From Coraliomargarita sp. (GTDB taxonomy: Bacteria > Verrucomicrobiota > Verrucomicrobiia > Opitutales > Coraliomargaritaceae): 64,000 nt of DNA. The notes under the pieces are model-generated. The model was given only the letters and a program-made list of their open reading frames with translations, was not told where the DNA came from and did no database searches. Both the position numbers and the translations under genes were made by a program. The DNA is taken from NCBI GenBank assembly GCA_965216325.1, contig OZ244160.1, positions 768,001 to 832,000 on the forward strand, given 5' to 3'. This document shows, piece by piece, positions 20,110 through 30,550 of the stretch (position 1 is the first letter of the stretch; each line of letters starts with the position of its first letter).

Positions 20110-21417
20110 TTAAATGGCTTTAATGGCCTTAGCCAAGACCTCAGCGGCTTGATCGATGTCCTTTCCTTGGTGGGCGGTGCAAAGGAAGCCGGTTTCATAC
20201 GCGGACGGTGCGAGGTAGACGCCGTTGTCCAAGGCGTAGTGGAAGACTTTGTTATACAGCTCGGTTTCGCTGCCGGTGGCGTCTTCGAAGTTGCGCACGG
20301 GTTTGTCGCTGAAGAACAGCGCAAACATCGAGCCGACCTGTGGCACTTGCAGTGCGAGGCCCTTTTGCTGTGCAGCGTCTACGAGTGCATCGCGGAGTTG
20401 TGCGCCCATGGCCTCAAATAGTGGGTAGGGGTTCTCGTCGCGTAGTTTCTTGAGTGCCGCGATTCCGGCGGCCATCGCGAGTGGGTTACCACTCAGCGTG
20501 CCCGCTTGATAGACGGGGCCGAGTGGAGCGAGGTGATCCATAATTTCAGTCTTGCCGCCGAAGGCTCCGACCGGGAGGCCGCCGCCGATGATCTTACCCA
20601 TTGCCGTGAGGTCAGGTGTGATGCCGACACGTTCCTGCACACCGCCGAGTGCGAGACGGAAGCCGGTCATGACTTCGTCGAAGATCAGCACGCTGCCGTG
20701 CTCGGTGCAGATGTCGCGCAGGAATTGCAGGTAGCCTTCGTCGGGAAGGATGAGACCGCAGTTGGCCGGAAAAGGCTCGACGATGATGGCGGCGATATCG
20801 GCGCTGTGTTCGGCGAAGGTGGTCTTGAGCTGCTCGGTGTCGTTGTAATCGAGCACGAGAGTCTCCGCCGCGAAGGCGGCAGGGATACCCGCGCTGTCGG
20901 GGTTGCCGAGGGTGAGCGCACCCGAGCCGGCTTTGACCAGTAGGGCATCGACGTGGCCGTGATAGCAGCCCGTGAATTTGATGATCTTGTTGCGGCCGGT
21001 GTAGCCGCGAGCCAAGCGAATAGCGGACATGGTGGCTTCGGTACCGCTGTTGCACATGCGCACCTTCTCGACCGAGGGCACGATTTCGACCAACAGTTCG
21101 GCCATCTCGACCTCGTAAGGATTCGGGGTGCCGAAGCTGGTGCCGTTTTCAAGCGCCTTAGCGATTGCCGCGCGGATGTCCGGATCGTTGTGACCGTGAA
21201 TCGCAGGGCCCCAAGTGCAGACGAAGTCGATCAGCTCTTTGCCGTCGGCCGTGGTGAGGTGTGCACCATTGGCACTTTGCGTGAAGAAGGGGGTGCCGCC
21301 GACTGAGCGGAAAGCTCGAACCGGTGAGTTGACCCCGCCCGGGATCAGTTGCTTGGCGCGTTCGAAGAGGTCGTTCGATTGTTGTTGGTTGCTGGTTGTT
21401 GGTTGAGAGCTGCTCAT
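20110..21417 (-). CDS. hemL: Glutamate-1-semialdehyde 2,1-aminomutase
   Basis: [49 protein letters not shown]. Confidence 0.96.
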   Translation of the reverse strand: MSSSQPTTSNQQQSNDLFERAKQLIPGGVNSPVRAFRSVGGTPFFTQSANGAHLTTADGKELIDFVCTWGPAIHGHNDPDIRAAIAKALENGTSFGTPNPYEVEMAELLVEIVPSVEKVRMCNSGTEATMSAIRLARGYTGRNKIIKFTGCYHGHVDALLVKAGSGALTLGNPDSAGIPAAFAAETLVLDYNDTEQLKTTFAEHSADIAAIIVEPFPANCGLILPDEGYLQFLRDICTEHGSVLIFDEVMTGFRLALGGVQERVGITPDLTAMGKIIGGGLPVGAFGGKTEIMDHLAPLGPVYQAGTLSGNPLAMAAGIAALKKLRDENPYPLFEAMGAQLRDALVDAAQQKGLALQVPQVGSMFALFFSDKPVRNFEDATGSETELYNKVFHYALDNGVYLAPSAYETGFLCTAHQGKDIDQAAEVLAKAIKAI

Positions 21418-21463
21418 GGGGCAGAGACTCAACGCTCAACGCGCAACTTTCAACTAACAACGT

Positions 21464-23107
21464 TCAACTTACATACTTTTGCACGATGGGGATGCGGCGG
21501 CCGACGCCGAAGGCGAGCGGTGTGGTCTTGAGGCCGGGGGCGGCTTGCTTGCGCTTGTATTCGTTGAGGTCGACTTTGCGCACGATGTCATCCACCACGG
21601 CTTGGTCGTAACCTTTCTCAACGATCTCGACGCGGGACAGACCTTCCTCGACATAGAGACGGAGGATGCCATCCAGCGTTGGATACGGTGGCAGGGAATC
21701 TTCGTCTTTTTGGTCGGGACGCAGTTCGGCGGACGGTGGCTTTTCGATGGTGTTGACTGGCACGACTTCGCGTTCGCGGTTCATGTAGCGGGCGAGGGCG
21801 TAAACCTTCATTTTCGGAAGGTCGGAGATCACTGCGAGACCGCCACACATGTCGCCATAGAGCGTGCAGTAGCCAACTGATATCTCACTTTTGTTGCCGG
21901 TGGTGAGCAGCAGCGCACCAAACTTGTTGGACATTGCCATGAGCAATAGGCCGCGGGCGCGGGCCTGAATGTTTTCTTCAGTCACGTCGGCGGTGCGGCC
22001 TTCGAAGAGGGGGCCGAGGGCGGCTTCGGCAGCGCTGACGGTGTCGGCAATGGCGACTTCGTGATACTCGATGCCAAGGTTCTTGGCCAAGGCGGCGGCG
22101 TCGTCGCGGCTGTGTTGACTGGAAATGGACGACGGCAGCGCGATTCCAATGACGTTTTCCGGACCGAAGGCTTCGGCAGCGAGAGCGGCGACGACTGCCG
22201 AGTCGATACCACCAGAGAGACCAATCAGTGCTTTGCGGAAGCCGCTCTTGTGCGCGTAGTCACGCAGGCCGAGGACGAGTGCATCGTGGGTGGCTGCGTT
22301 GCCGGTTGGATTGAAGTGCTCGGAGATGTTGCCGTTGAGGTCGTAGAGGTCGACGATGCGCTCTTCGGCGCGGAAGGCTGCTAGTCCCGCAATGAGGCCG
22401 CGCTCCGGGTGAGCGACGAGGCTGCCGCCGTCGAAGATGAGCTCATCGTTGCCGCCGACAGCGTTGCAGTAAACGACCGGGCACTTGCAGCGGTCGGCCG
22501 CGTGTTGCACGAGGGGTTCGCGTGCTTCGTTTTTGCCGGCGTGCCAGGGGCTGGCGGAAAGGTTGAGCAGTAGGTCGAGGGACACGCTGGAGAATTTTTC
22601 GATCGGCTCTTCGCTGTAGTGGCGGCTGGTCGGCACATCGGGGTGCACCCAGATGTCTTCGCAAATAGTCAGACCAATGCGCTTGCCGTTCCATTCGACG
22701 ATCGTTGGCTCATCGGCGGGTTCGAAGTAGCGCTCCTCGTCGAAGACGTCGTAGTTGGGCAGGAGGGACTTGCGGCCGATGGCTTTGACCTTGCCGGATT
22801 CACACCATGCGGCCGAGTTGTAGAAGGGACGGCCGACGACGTTGTCAGCGCGCTTTTCAACGTATCCAATCACAGCTGGAACCTCGCCGATTTCGGAAGC
22901 GATTTCGCGCAGGGTGGCTTCGATATCGGTGACGAAGCGACTTTTGAAGAGTAAATCACGCGGCGGATAGCCACAGACGGCCAGCTCGGGAAAGACGACC
23001 AATTCCGCGCCCGAAGCGCAGAGGTTTTGGTAGGCTTTGAGAATCAGGGTTTTGTTGCCTGCGAGGTCGCCGACGGTGGTGTTGATTTGTGCGATTCCTA
23101 TCTTCAT
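21464..23107 (-). CDS. nadE: Glutamine-dependent NAD+ synthetase
   Basis: Nitrilase domain (FPEL, ICEDIW) plus [29 protein letters not shown]. Confidence 0.95.
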   Translation of the reverse strand: MKIGIAQINTTVGDLAGNKTLILKAYQNLCASGAELVVFPELAVCGYPPRDLLFKSRFVTDIEATLREIASEIGEVPAVIGYVEKRADNVVGRPFYNSAAWCESGKVKAIGRKSLLPNYDVFDEERYFEPADEPTIVEWNGKRIGLTICEDIWVHPDVPTSRHYSEEPIEKFSSVSLDLLLNLSASPWHAGKNEAREPLVQHAADRCKCPVVYCNAVGGNDELIFDGGSLVAHPERGLIAGLAAFRAEERIVDLYDLNGNISEHFNPTGNAATHDALVLGLRDYAHKSGFRKALIGLSGGIDSAVVAALAAEAFGPENVIGIALPSSISSQHSRDDAAALAKNLGIEYHEVAIADTVSAAEAALGPLFEGRTADVTEENIQARARGLLLMAMSNKFGALLLTTGNKSEISVGYCTLYGDMCGGLAVISDLPKMKVYALARYMNREREVVPVNTIEKPPSAELRPDQKDEDSLPPYPTLDGILRLYVEEGLSRVEIVEKGYDQAVVDDIVRKVDLNEYKRKQAAPGLKTTPLAFGVGRRIPIVQKYVS

Positions 23108-23346
23108 TCAGCGCGTATGCAAATGCATCGTCTCGCGGGTTGCAACCGCGCAGTGCAGTCCGCTGCGCGGAGTGTTGAGTGATGAGTGAGTGAGGAGAGT
23201 TGTTGTAACTCTTACTCTTAATCGTAATCCTACTCTTAATCTTTCCATTCCTCGGGTGATTATGATTCAGAGTAGGATTAAGATTATGATGGGGGCTTGG
23301 ATTTAAGGTTGTGGTCGTTTGGGAGATGACATTTGCATTGAGGGAC

Positions 23347-23946
23347 ATGATTAACCTTCGCCTGCACCCGAAAAAACTCGTTCTCGCATCGCAATCGCCG
23401 CGTCGTAAAGAATTGCTGGAGCGCTTGGGACTACGTTTCGAGGTCGCGCCGGCGCATGCGGATGAGATCGATACCCACCTGGATGGTCCGGCGCAGATGG
23501 TGTTGTGCAATGCGGCGATGAAGGCCGAGGTACTGGCGGCAGCGCATAACGATGCCTTGGTCTTGGGATCGGATACCACGGTTGTGCTCGGCGAGCGCAT
23601 TTTGGGTAAGCCAAAGGATATGCAGGAGGCGAGGGAGACTTTGATGATGTTGTCCGGTCAGGTGCACACGGTGTATACCGCGGTGGCATTGCGTTGGGAT
23701 ACGCAGAACTTCGTCGATGACTTCGTTGAGGCCAGTCACGTGCGCTTTCGTGTGTTGGATGACGCGACGATTGATGCCTATTTCAAGTTGGTCGACCCGT
23801 TGGATAAGGCCGGTGCGTATGGGATCCAGCAGGGCCGTGAGATGATTATCGAAGCGGTGGAAGGTTCGGTGGAGAATGTGATGGGGTTGCCGATCCAGCG
23901 GCTAGAGTTGCACCTCAAGGAACACGGCTTTAGTTTTCGGGACTAA
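23347..23946 (+). CDS. maf: Maf-family nucleotide pyrophosphatase
   Basis: [30 protein letters not shown]. Confidence 0.92.
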   Translation: MINLRLHPKKLVLASQSPRRKELLERLGLRFEVAPAHADEIDTHLDGPAQMVLCNAAMKAEVLAAAHNDALVLGSDTTVVLGERILGKPKDMQEARETLMMLSGQVHTVYTAVALRWDTQNFVDDFVEASHVRFRVLDDATIDAYFKLVDPLDKAGAYGIQQGREMIIEAVEGSVENVMGLPIQRLELHLKEHGFSFRD

Positions 23947-24026
23947 AAAATGAATTTTCACGAATAGAGGAGTTCATTAAACCGTCTCTTATCTCTATGC
24001 CCACTATCTGGAATACGATTCTGATG

Positions 24027-24093
24027 CTGCGGGCTTCGCCCCTCGGCAAGTTCGGGGCCTTGAGCTTGTCGAAACGGCAAGCAAAGCCCCTAC
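24027..24093. repeat. REP-like unit containing a nested 39-bp insertion
   Basis: CTGCGGGCTTCGC[39 bp]AAGCAAAGCCCCTAC; uninterrupted form at 40566-40593. Confidence 0.65.
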
Positions 24094-24109
24094 AAGTTAA
24101 GTCTTCATT

Positions 24110-25243
24110 TTGACAGAGCTCAGGACATCAGTAGGCGCTGCCTATTTATTTGATGACAACCGCGCTGAACAGCGTTGGACGGTGTTTTTGGCGCTGGCGA
24201 TTGCGTTGTTTTTGCACGTCGGCTTTGTGCTGGTGATGCCCTCAGAGTTGTTGATGCCCAAAACGCTGCAAAGCAGCTCGGTTGAAGAGGAACTGGAGGT
24301 GGAGTTTTTACCACCGGAGGTGATTCCGCCTGAAGAACTTAAATTTGTGGAGGCCAATCCCGAGGCGCCCGAGAATAAACCGGATCGACAGGACCAGTAT
24401 TCCTTCCGTGATCAGCAGGCGGCCGACATGAGTGAGAGTGAGGAACTGCTGGATGTCCCGAATGTTGATGGCGAGGAAGACTCGCAGAAAATTGTGCAGG
24501 GCTCACTGGCGGAGGCACAGCCGTTGCCACCGGGCACTTACAGCCCGCAGGTGCAGCCGGGCGAAGGCGAGGGCACCGAAGGTGGCAAGGCCGGCCAGCC
24601 CGTAGAGGCGGTAGTGGCTCCACCACAGCCGTTGCCGACACCGGATTTCCTCAAGCAAGAGGCGACCGCAGAGGAGGGCACCGCGAGCAGCATTAATCTG
24701 GAGGGTGAGTCTCCTGAAATCGTCGAGAATCCAACGCAGGAGGCGCCGATCAATGTCTACAAGCCTGAGCCGATGACTCAGCCGACTGAACAGACTCAGG
24801 TCGGTGATGGCGCAGGGGGGCAGCCGGATGCGAAGCCTATGCCCCGTGCACGCCCACGCTTGGACCCAAACTTGATTACCGGCCCCTTGATGCGCTCGGT
24901 GGGCTCGGCCAGCCGTCGCGGCACGCTGGCGATTGACGCGACCTTCAGTGAATTTGGCGAGTATCAGCAGCAGTTTTTTGCAGCCTTGCAGCTCGGTTGG
25001 TATCAGGAAATCGAGTTTTTTCAGCCGATCGACACGGCAGCCCGTGTGGTGGTGCGCTTTACCATGAAGGCAGACGGCAGCATTCATGATATCGAGACTT
25101 TGCACACTTCGGCCGGAGAAGTTGCGACTTTTATCTGTGAAAGTGCGATTAGTAAGCGGTCGCCTTTTCGACCGTGGACGAAGGAAATGGTTGAAGTCTT
25201 TGGCCAAGAGCGGACACTTACTGTTTCTTTTAATTACCGATGA
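24110..25243 (+). CDS. TonB/TolA-like membrane-anchored protein
   Basis: N-terminal TM with ALFLH, Pro/Glu-rich linker, C-terminal VVVRFTMKADGSI...SPFRPW. Confidence 0.75.
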   Translation: MTELRTSVGAAYLFDDNRAEQRWTVFLALAIALFLHVGFVLVMPSELLMPKTLQSSSVEEELEVEFLPPEVIPPEELKFVEANPEAPENKPDRQDQYSFRDQQAADMSESEELLDVPNVDGEEDSQKIVQGSLAEAQPLPPGTYSPQVQPGEGEGTEGGKAGQPVEAVVAPPQPLPTPDFLKQEATAEEGTASSINLEGESPEIVENPTQEAPINVYKPEPMTQPTEQTQVGDGAGGQPDAKPMPRARPRLDPNLITGPLMRSVGSASRRGTLAIDATFSEFGEYQQQFFAALQLGWYQEIEFFQPIDTAARVVVRFTMKADGSIHDIETLHTSAGEVATFICESAISKRSPFRPWTKEMVEVFGQERTLTVSFNYR

Positions 25244-26115
25244 GTATTCATGATACAGAGCTGACTCCCGAAGCCTTGCCGCTTGGTCCAGGTGTGCGTA
25301 TACTGAAGTCCAATCAGGATGGCTTGGTTGCGCTGGAGAAGCCTACCGGAGTGATGTCGCACCCGAACAAGTTGAGCGATCAGCGCCGCTCCTTGCTTAC
25401 GGTGGCCTATAATTATACGGAAGAACGCTACTCTTGGAATGATGAACGGGGTGTGCGCCAGCATGCATGGTTGATCAATCGCTTGGACTCTCCGACCTCG
25501 GGCGTGATCCTCGTCGCCCTCAATGAGGAATTGTGCCATATTATTAAGCAGCAATTTGCCACACACCGCGTGAGCAAAATCTATACAGCGCTGGTGAAGC
25601 ACATCCCGTCTAATGCCGGTGGCATTTGGAATGACCAGCTGAAGAAAGATCTGCAACGTGGCGGGCGAGTCATCAAAGGAGGCCAACGTGTGCAGGCCAA
25701 ATCACGCTATCAGATGATTAAGAGCCCAACCGGAGGTTTTCCAGTTTCGCTTCTGAAGCTGATGCCGGTCACGGGGCGCACCCATCAACTGCGGGTGCAG
25801 TGCATGAAGCACGGCCATCCGATTGTTGGTGATGCAACTTATGGCAGTTTTAGTTTCAACCGTGAGGTGGCTTCTGAAACGGGTGTGAAGCGCTTATTAT
25901 TGCACAGCACTGAGACAGCGTTGAGCTATGCATATAAGGGAGAAGTTCGTGAGTTTTCAGTGAAGTCTGCTTTGCCGGAGGAGTTCAACGAAGTGCTTCG
26001 TTTCCGCCCTGGACTCTATTATGGGACCCAGGCACACCAAGTGAGGAAAGATAAGGAAGCCGAGGAAGGAACGAAGTCGAATTCGGTGCTCTCTGAGCGC
26101 CGCTTTAAGCAATAA
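25240..26115 (+). CDS. RluA-family pseudouridine synthase
   Basis: KPTGVMSHP, NRLDSPTSG, TGRTHQLRV, HPIVGD. Confidence 0.92.
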   Translation: MSIHDTELTPEALPLGPGVRILKSNQDGLVALEKPTGVMSHPNKLSDQRRSLLTVAYNYTEERYSWNDERGVRQHAWLINRLDSPTSGVILVALNEELCHIIKQQFATHRVSKIYTALVKHIPSNAGGIWNDQLKKDLQRGGRVIKGGQRVQAKSRYQMIKSPTGGFPVSLLKLMPVTGRTHQLRVQCMKHGHPIVGDATYGSFSFNREVASETGVKRLLLHSTETALSYAYKGEVREFSVKSALPEEFNEVLRFRPGLYYGTQAHQVRKDKEAEEGTKSNSVLSERRFKQ

Positions 26116-26134
26116 ATTCCGGCGGACACATTAG

Positions 26135-27325
26135 ATGCGCGCAGTATTGATATTGGTTGGGGCATTGATGAGCGGTGTGCTGTTTGCGCAGGGGGTGCTG
26201 CAGTCATTTCCGAATACTGTCCCTTCGGCACCGGTTGAGGTGGATGCAGACGGAGAGACTTTGGAGCAGCGAGTGATACGCTTACGTCGTGAGCTTGCCG
26301 AGGCGGAGCATGCCTTGGCTGCGCAACGTATACAGCAGCAACAGACGATTGTGGACACAACCAGTTCGGACGAGAGTGAGCGGGCCGATGCGAGTCTGTA
26401 TGGAGCGCTGGTTGTTGTCTCAGGCGATCAGTCCGCGGGCTCTGGCTTTATTGCAGAACTGAAAGGGCGCAGTTTTTTGGTGACGAATATTCATGTGCTC
26501 GGCTCGGCTCGTGGCGCGGACTTTGAAACAGTTGAAGGAGTGCATGTCGAACTTGGCTCAGTGGCGTTTTTAAGCCAGACGCGTGACATTGCGATCGTTC
26601 CGATCGACTGGACGGGGGCACGCTTTCAAGTGAGTCGTTCGTTGAGTTACGATGCTGTTGCGGTCGGGCAGGATGTCGTGGTGTTCGGCAATTCGGATGG
26701 CACGGGGGTAACGACCGAGCTTGAGGGCGAGATCCGAGGCCTCGGGCCGGAAACGATCGAGGTTTCGGCGAAGTTTGTGCCGGGTAACAGTGGTAGCCCG
26801 ATCTTTCATGAAGCACTCGGCGTGGTCGTGGGGATTGCATCCTATTTGCGAGATTTCAGCCAGAAGACCAAATGGACTGAGGATTCTGAACTCGCGGATA
26901 TTCGACGCTTTGGCTATCGTTTGGATGGTGAGATCCAGTGGCAGCGGATCACGCTTGAAGAGCTCTTTCATCAGGCCGAAGCCTATCATCGTTTTGAAGA
27001 TCGCACACAGGCTATGTGGGAAATCAGCTACCGCCTTGAGTATGAATCGAAGTTGGTGACGGGCTATCGTGATCACGAGTCATTGGGATACCTGTACGAC
27101 GATATTAATTCTGATTTCAATTGGGGGCGGGGCACGGCATCATCGCGTAACGTGCAGATTTTGAAGCGCTTCGTAAAGCGTATGCAGATCGAGTTGGCCA
27201 ATGATGTTCAGAATACTGAGGAGGTGCTCACTGTAAATTTCTACCGTGAATTGTTCGATGGCTTGAAGCCGATGCGCAAACGTATCGCTAAGAGCTTTGA
27301 GCACTTCGAAACAGTGCGTCTCTAG
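26135..27325 (+). CDS. Secreted trypsin-like serine protease domain protein
   Basis: Signal peptide; GSGF, VTNIHV, RDIA, PGNSGSP triad. Confidence 0.8.
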   Translation: MRAVLILVGALMSGVLFAQGVLQSFPNTVPSAPVEVDADGETLEQRVIRLRRELAEAEHALAAQRIQQQQTIVDTTSSDESERADASLYGALVVVSGDQSAGSGFIAELKGRSFLVTNIHVLGSARGADFETVEGVHVELGSVAFLSQTRDIAIVPIDWTGARFQVSRSLSYDAVAVGQDVVVFGNSDGTGVTTELEGEIRGLGPETIEVSAKFVPGNSGSPIFHEALGVVVGIASYLRDFSQKTKWTEDSELADIRRFGYRLDGEIQWQRITLEELFHQAEAYHRFEDRTQAMWEISYRLEYESKLVTGYRDHESLGYLYDDINSDFNWGRGTASSRNVQILKRFVKRMQIELANDVQNTEEVLTVNFYRELFDGLKPMRKRIAKSFEHFETVRL

Positions 27326-27328
27326 TTA

Positions 27329-27421
27329 TACCGCGTTACAAAAATTTTCAGCCTCGTCATTCAGATGTGCGCTCTTGAAGCGGTTGCGGCGTTCCCCGAT
27401 CCGAATTTTTGTAAAGCGGTA
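27329..27421. mobile_element. Candidate MITE with terminal inverted repeats and TA flanks
   Basis: TA|CCGCGTTACAAAAATT...AATTTTTGTAAAGCGG|TA, one mismatch. Confidence 0.5.
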
Positions 27422-27518
27422 TTATTTGGGCTGCGGGCCGGATATGTTAGAGGCGCAAGTTTTTGTTGCGCTTGGCCCTCGATAAGCAAACATTGCCTGG
27501 TCGATTACCCTTACTGAT

Positions 27519-27869
27519 ATGAATGACGAACAATTCTTTAGCTCCGAAGGCCGCATAGGCGGTGCCACCCTGTTAATCCGCACCATCATTGCCTTGGTCG
27601 CACAAGCGCTGACTGTTGGCCTGTGTGTGTTCCTACTCGAGCTCGCTCATCTGTCGCCGTTTCACGAAGAGCACGCATTTCTGATGCCGCTGTTCTATTT
27701 CTTTGTGATCGTTACTTCGGTGTTTGTGCTGTTTACGGTGATGATGCAGTTGATCAAGCGTCTACATGATATGGGCAAAGGACCGATGCTTGCGGCGCTG
27801 ACCTTTGTGCCGGGTGTTAATGTCTTGTTCCTGCTCTACGCAATCCTCGCTCCTGCGAAGAAGGGGTAA
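27519..27869 (+). CDS. DUF805-like membrane protein
   Basis: FSSEGRIG, IKRLHDMGK, three TM segments. Confidence 0.8.
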   Translation: MNDEQFFSSEGRIGGATLLIRTIIALVAQALTVGLCVFLLELAHLSPFHEEHAFLMPLFYFFVIVTSVFVLFTVMMQLIKRLHDMGKGPMLAALTFVPGVNVLFLLYAILAPAKKG

Positions 27870-27873
27870 ACTC

Positions 27874-27944
27874 GGAGAGCGGACACTCTTGTCCGCTTGA
27901 TTGCGCTCGGCATTTCGTTTGGCGGACAAGAGTGTCCGCCCTCC
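27874..27944. repeat. GGAG-type REP doublet between convergent genes
   Basis: GGAGAGCGGACACTCTTGTCCGC ... GCGGACAAGAGTGTCCGCCCTCC. Confidence 0.7.
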
Positions 27945-28415
27945 TTACTTTCTAACCCAGCGCTCGACGGTAAATTCGTCGTGCTTGAGCATGATTTCAG
28001 CGAGCTCAAACTGGTCTTCGAATTCCGGTAAGAACGCGTCGCCCTCGCACTTGCGGTGGACACGGCTTAGGTAGAGTTCGGAGCACTTGGGCAGCATCTG
28101 GGCGTAGATCTCACCGCCACCGGCGATCCAGATCGTCTTGTCGGTTTCCAAATGGTCGAGCACTTCCAAATTGGTGAAGCTATGCACGCCCGTGATTTCT
28201 CTTGGCTGACGACTGAGCACGTAGGTGTCGCGACCGGGAAGTGGGCGACCGATGGAGTCGTATGTCTTGCGGCCCATCACCAAAATGCCGCCCATCGTGG
28301 TCTGCTTAAACCATTTGAAATCCGCCGGGATGTGCCAGGGGATGTCGCCGCTGTTGCCGATGACTCGGTTCTCCGCCATGGCGGCGATGGCTTTGAAGTT
28401 GTTGGGCTGTGTCAT
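27945..28415 (-). CDS. folA: Dihydrofolate reductase
   Basis: NRVIG...IPWHIPADFKWFK, MGRKTY, RPLPGR, IAGGGEIY, GDAF. Confidence 0.95.
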   Translation of the reverse strand: MTQPNNFKAIAAMAENRVIGNSGDIPWHIPADFKWFKQTTMGGILVMGRKTYDSIGRPLPGRDTYVLSRQPREITGVHSFTNLEVLDHLETDKTIWIAGGGEIYAQMLPKCSELYLSRVHRKCEGDAFLPEFEDQFELAEIMLKHDEFTVERWVRK

Positions 28416-28516
28416 GTTAAAAAGTCTTAATCTGACTCCTAATCGTTAAAGTAGGCAGATTAAGATTATGATTCAGAGGCTTTAGGCCATATTGTGACTT
28501 TATCTGTCATAATTCT

Positions 28517-28581
28517 GGAGGGACGACGTCCTCGTCGTCCTCAGTTAGGTCTGATTCGGACACTGGGGACAGTGTCCCTCC
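28517..28581. repeat. GGAG-type REP-like doublet
   Basis: GGAGGGACGACGTCCTCGTCGTCC ... GGACACTGGGGACAGTGTCCCTCC. Confidence 0.55.
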
Positions 28582-28609
28582 AGTTGCCAGAAAAAGTTAA
28601 AGAGTGGTA

Positions 28610-29404
28610 TTAGACGGCAATGGGTGCTTTAATCGTTGGATGCGGATCGTAGTTGACCAACTCAAAGTCGTCGAAGGTGAAGCCGTCGATTTCTTTGACG
28701 TCGGGGTTGATCTTCATTTGCGGCGCTGGGCGTGGCTCACGAGAGAGCTGTTCTTTAGCCTGTTCGACGTGATTTGCGTAGAGGTGTAAATCGCCAAAGG
28801 TGTGGACGAATTCCTTGGGCTTCAAATCGCAGACCTGTGCCACCATCATCGTGAGCAGGGCGTAAGAGGCGATGTTGAACGGCACGCCTAAGAAGATGTC
28901 GGCGCTGCGTTGGTAGAGCTGGCAGCTGAGTTCGCCATTGGCGACGTAGAATTGGAACAGCGCGTGGCAGGGAGGGAGTGCCATGTGTTTGATCTCGCCT
29001 GGGTTCCACGCGCAGACGATGTGGCGGCGGCTGTCGGGGTTGGTCTTCAGGTCGTGGATGACTTCGGCGAGTTGATCGACACGTGAGCCGTCGGGAGAAG
29101 TCCAGTCGCGCCACTGTGCGCCATAGACGCGACCGAGGTTGCCGTCTTCGTCGGCCCATTCATCCCAGATCGTGACCTTGTTGTCGTTGAGATACTTGAT
29201 GTTGGTCTCGCCCTGAATAAACCACAGGAGCTCGTGAATGATCGAACGCAGGTGGAGCTTTTTGGTGGTCAGGAGCGGGAAATCCGGGTCGAGCGAGAAC
29301 CGTGCTTGTGCGCCAAAAATCGAGTAGGTGCCTGTGCCGGTGCGGTCGTCGCGATAGGTGCCGGTCTCGAGAACCGTGCGAAGTAGGTCAAGGTAGCTTT
29401 TCAT
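28610..29404 (-). CDS. thyA: Thymidylate synthase
   Basis: [31 protein letters not shown]. Confidence 0.97.
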   Translation of the reverse strand: MKSYLDLLRTVLETGTYRDDRTGTGTYSIFGAQARFSLDPDFPLLTTKKLHLRSIIHELLWFIQGETNIKYLNDNKVTIWDEWADEDGNLGRVYGAQWRDWTSPDGSRVDQLAEVIHDLKTNPDSRRHIVCAWNPGEIKHMALPPCHALFQFYVANGELSCQLYQRSADIFLGVPFNIASYALLTMMVAQVCDLKPKEFVHTFGDLHLYANHVEQAKEQLSREPRPAPQMKINPDVKEIDGFTFDDFELVNYDPHPTIKAPIAV

Positions 29405-29494
29405 TCAGTTTAAGTGCAGTGGTGAATCTTGCAGTTCGCCCGTGCATGTCAACCAATGCCTGCTGCCGAGGGCGGCGCTTTGTTGTGATTGGCC

Positions 29495-29587
29495 GTAGCG
29501 TGCAGCTTCAGCAAACGCTCCACCGGGGAGTGGCAGTATTACTGCAAGCCTACAACGCGAAAAACGCTTGCTGAAGCGGCGCGCACC
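29495..29587. repeat. GTAG-family REP-like inverted repeat
   Basis: GTAGCGTGCAGCTTCAGCAAACGCTC...CGCTTGCTGAAGCGGCGCGC. Confidence 0.7.
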
Positions 29588-29695
29588 GTAGGCTTGTGAA
29601 TCTGCGTAAATCAAATGCTAGAATGTGTGGATTGAAGGTTTTTGGTAGACTTTCGAGCTGTAAGCTTTTATGTGAAAACTATCACTTTTTCAGCG

Positions 29696-30550
29696 ATGCA
29701 CCCCAAACTACAACGCATGGCTGTGTGGCTCCCGCTTTTCTGCACAGTCCACAGTATTTCTTTGGCTGCGATCAACATCATTGGCTACGACCCTCTGGTG
29801 AATGATCGCTTTGCCAATGACGCTTCGTTCATTGCGTCCGGCTTTGATCTGTCCGGTGTCGCGATTGCCGATGATGGGCGCTGGGTGACTATGTTGAGTG
29901 ATAATGTTTTTGTGACTGCCGACCATTTTTATTCGTCGAATGGCACATCGGTCACTTTTTATGGGAGTAATGATCCTTTAGGATCCAGTTTTACCACTAG
30001 TATTGAGTCGAGCGTCCAACTCGGAACTACCGATATTCGGCTGGGGGTCTTGAGTGATGCCCTGCCAACAGGATACTCGAGTTACGATATCTTTAATTAT
30101 CCAATTCCGCCGAATACAAACGCAATTGCGGTAGGCATGTTTGGGCGTTCTCCGAGTGACTATCCGACCTCATTAGATATGTCTATTGGGCAGAATGTGA
30201 TGAACGGTTTTCTTAGCGACTTCACAGCAGACGGGAACACGGGGGATGCGGGTTATACGACCTTCGATATGACTGGAGGCTTGGCGTACGAAGCTCAGTT
30301 GACACCCGGGGATTCCGGCGCGCCGGTAGTTGCCGTGTCAGGAGGTGAGCTGACCATTGTGGGTGTGAATTGGTATATTGCGACCGATACCAGCAACAAT
30401 GAAGTCTCCGGCTTTTCGTATCTGCCAAACTATATTGCTGAGATCGATAGCTTCATCGCGGCGAATGCGTTGACGCCGGTTCCTGAACCAGCAGCTGCTG
30501 CGCTGGTGTTGGGAATGCTAGCTTGCCTTGCGGCAGTGCGTCGACGCTAA
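29696..30550 (+). CDS. PEP-CTERM protein with trypsin-like protease domain
   Basis: TADH, TDIRL, GDSGAP triad; C-terminal VPEP-hydrophobic-RRR; start uncertain (29642-29717). Confidence 0.8.
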   Translation: MHPKLQRMAVWLPLFCTVHSISLAAINIIGYDPLVNDRFANDASFIASGFDLSGVAIADDGRWVTMLSDNVFVTADHFYSSNGTSVTFYGSNDPLGSSFTTSIESSVQLGTTDIRLGVLSDALPTGYSSYDIFNYPIPPNTNAIAVGMFGRSPSDYPTSLDMSIGQNVMNGFLSDFTADGNTGDAGYTTFDMTGGLAYEAQLTPGDSGAPVVAVSGGELTIVGVNWYIATDTSNNEVSGFSYLPNYIAEIDSFIAANALTPVPEPAAAALVLGMLACLAAVRRR

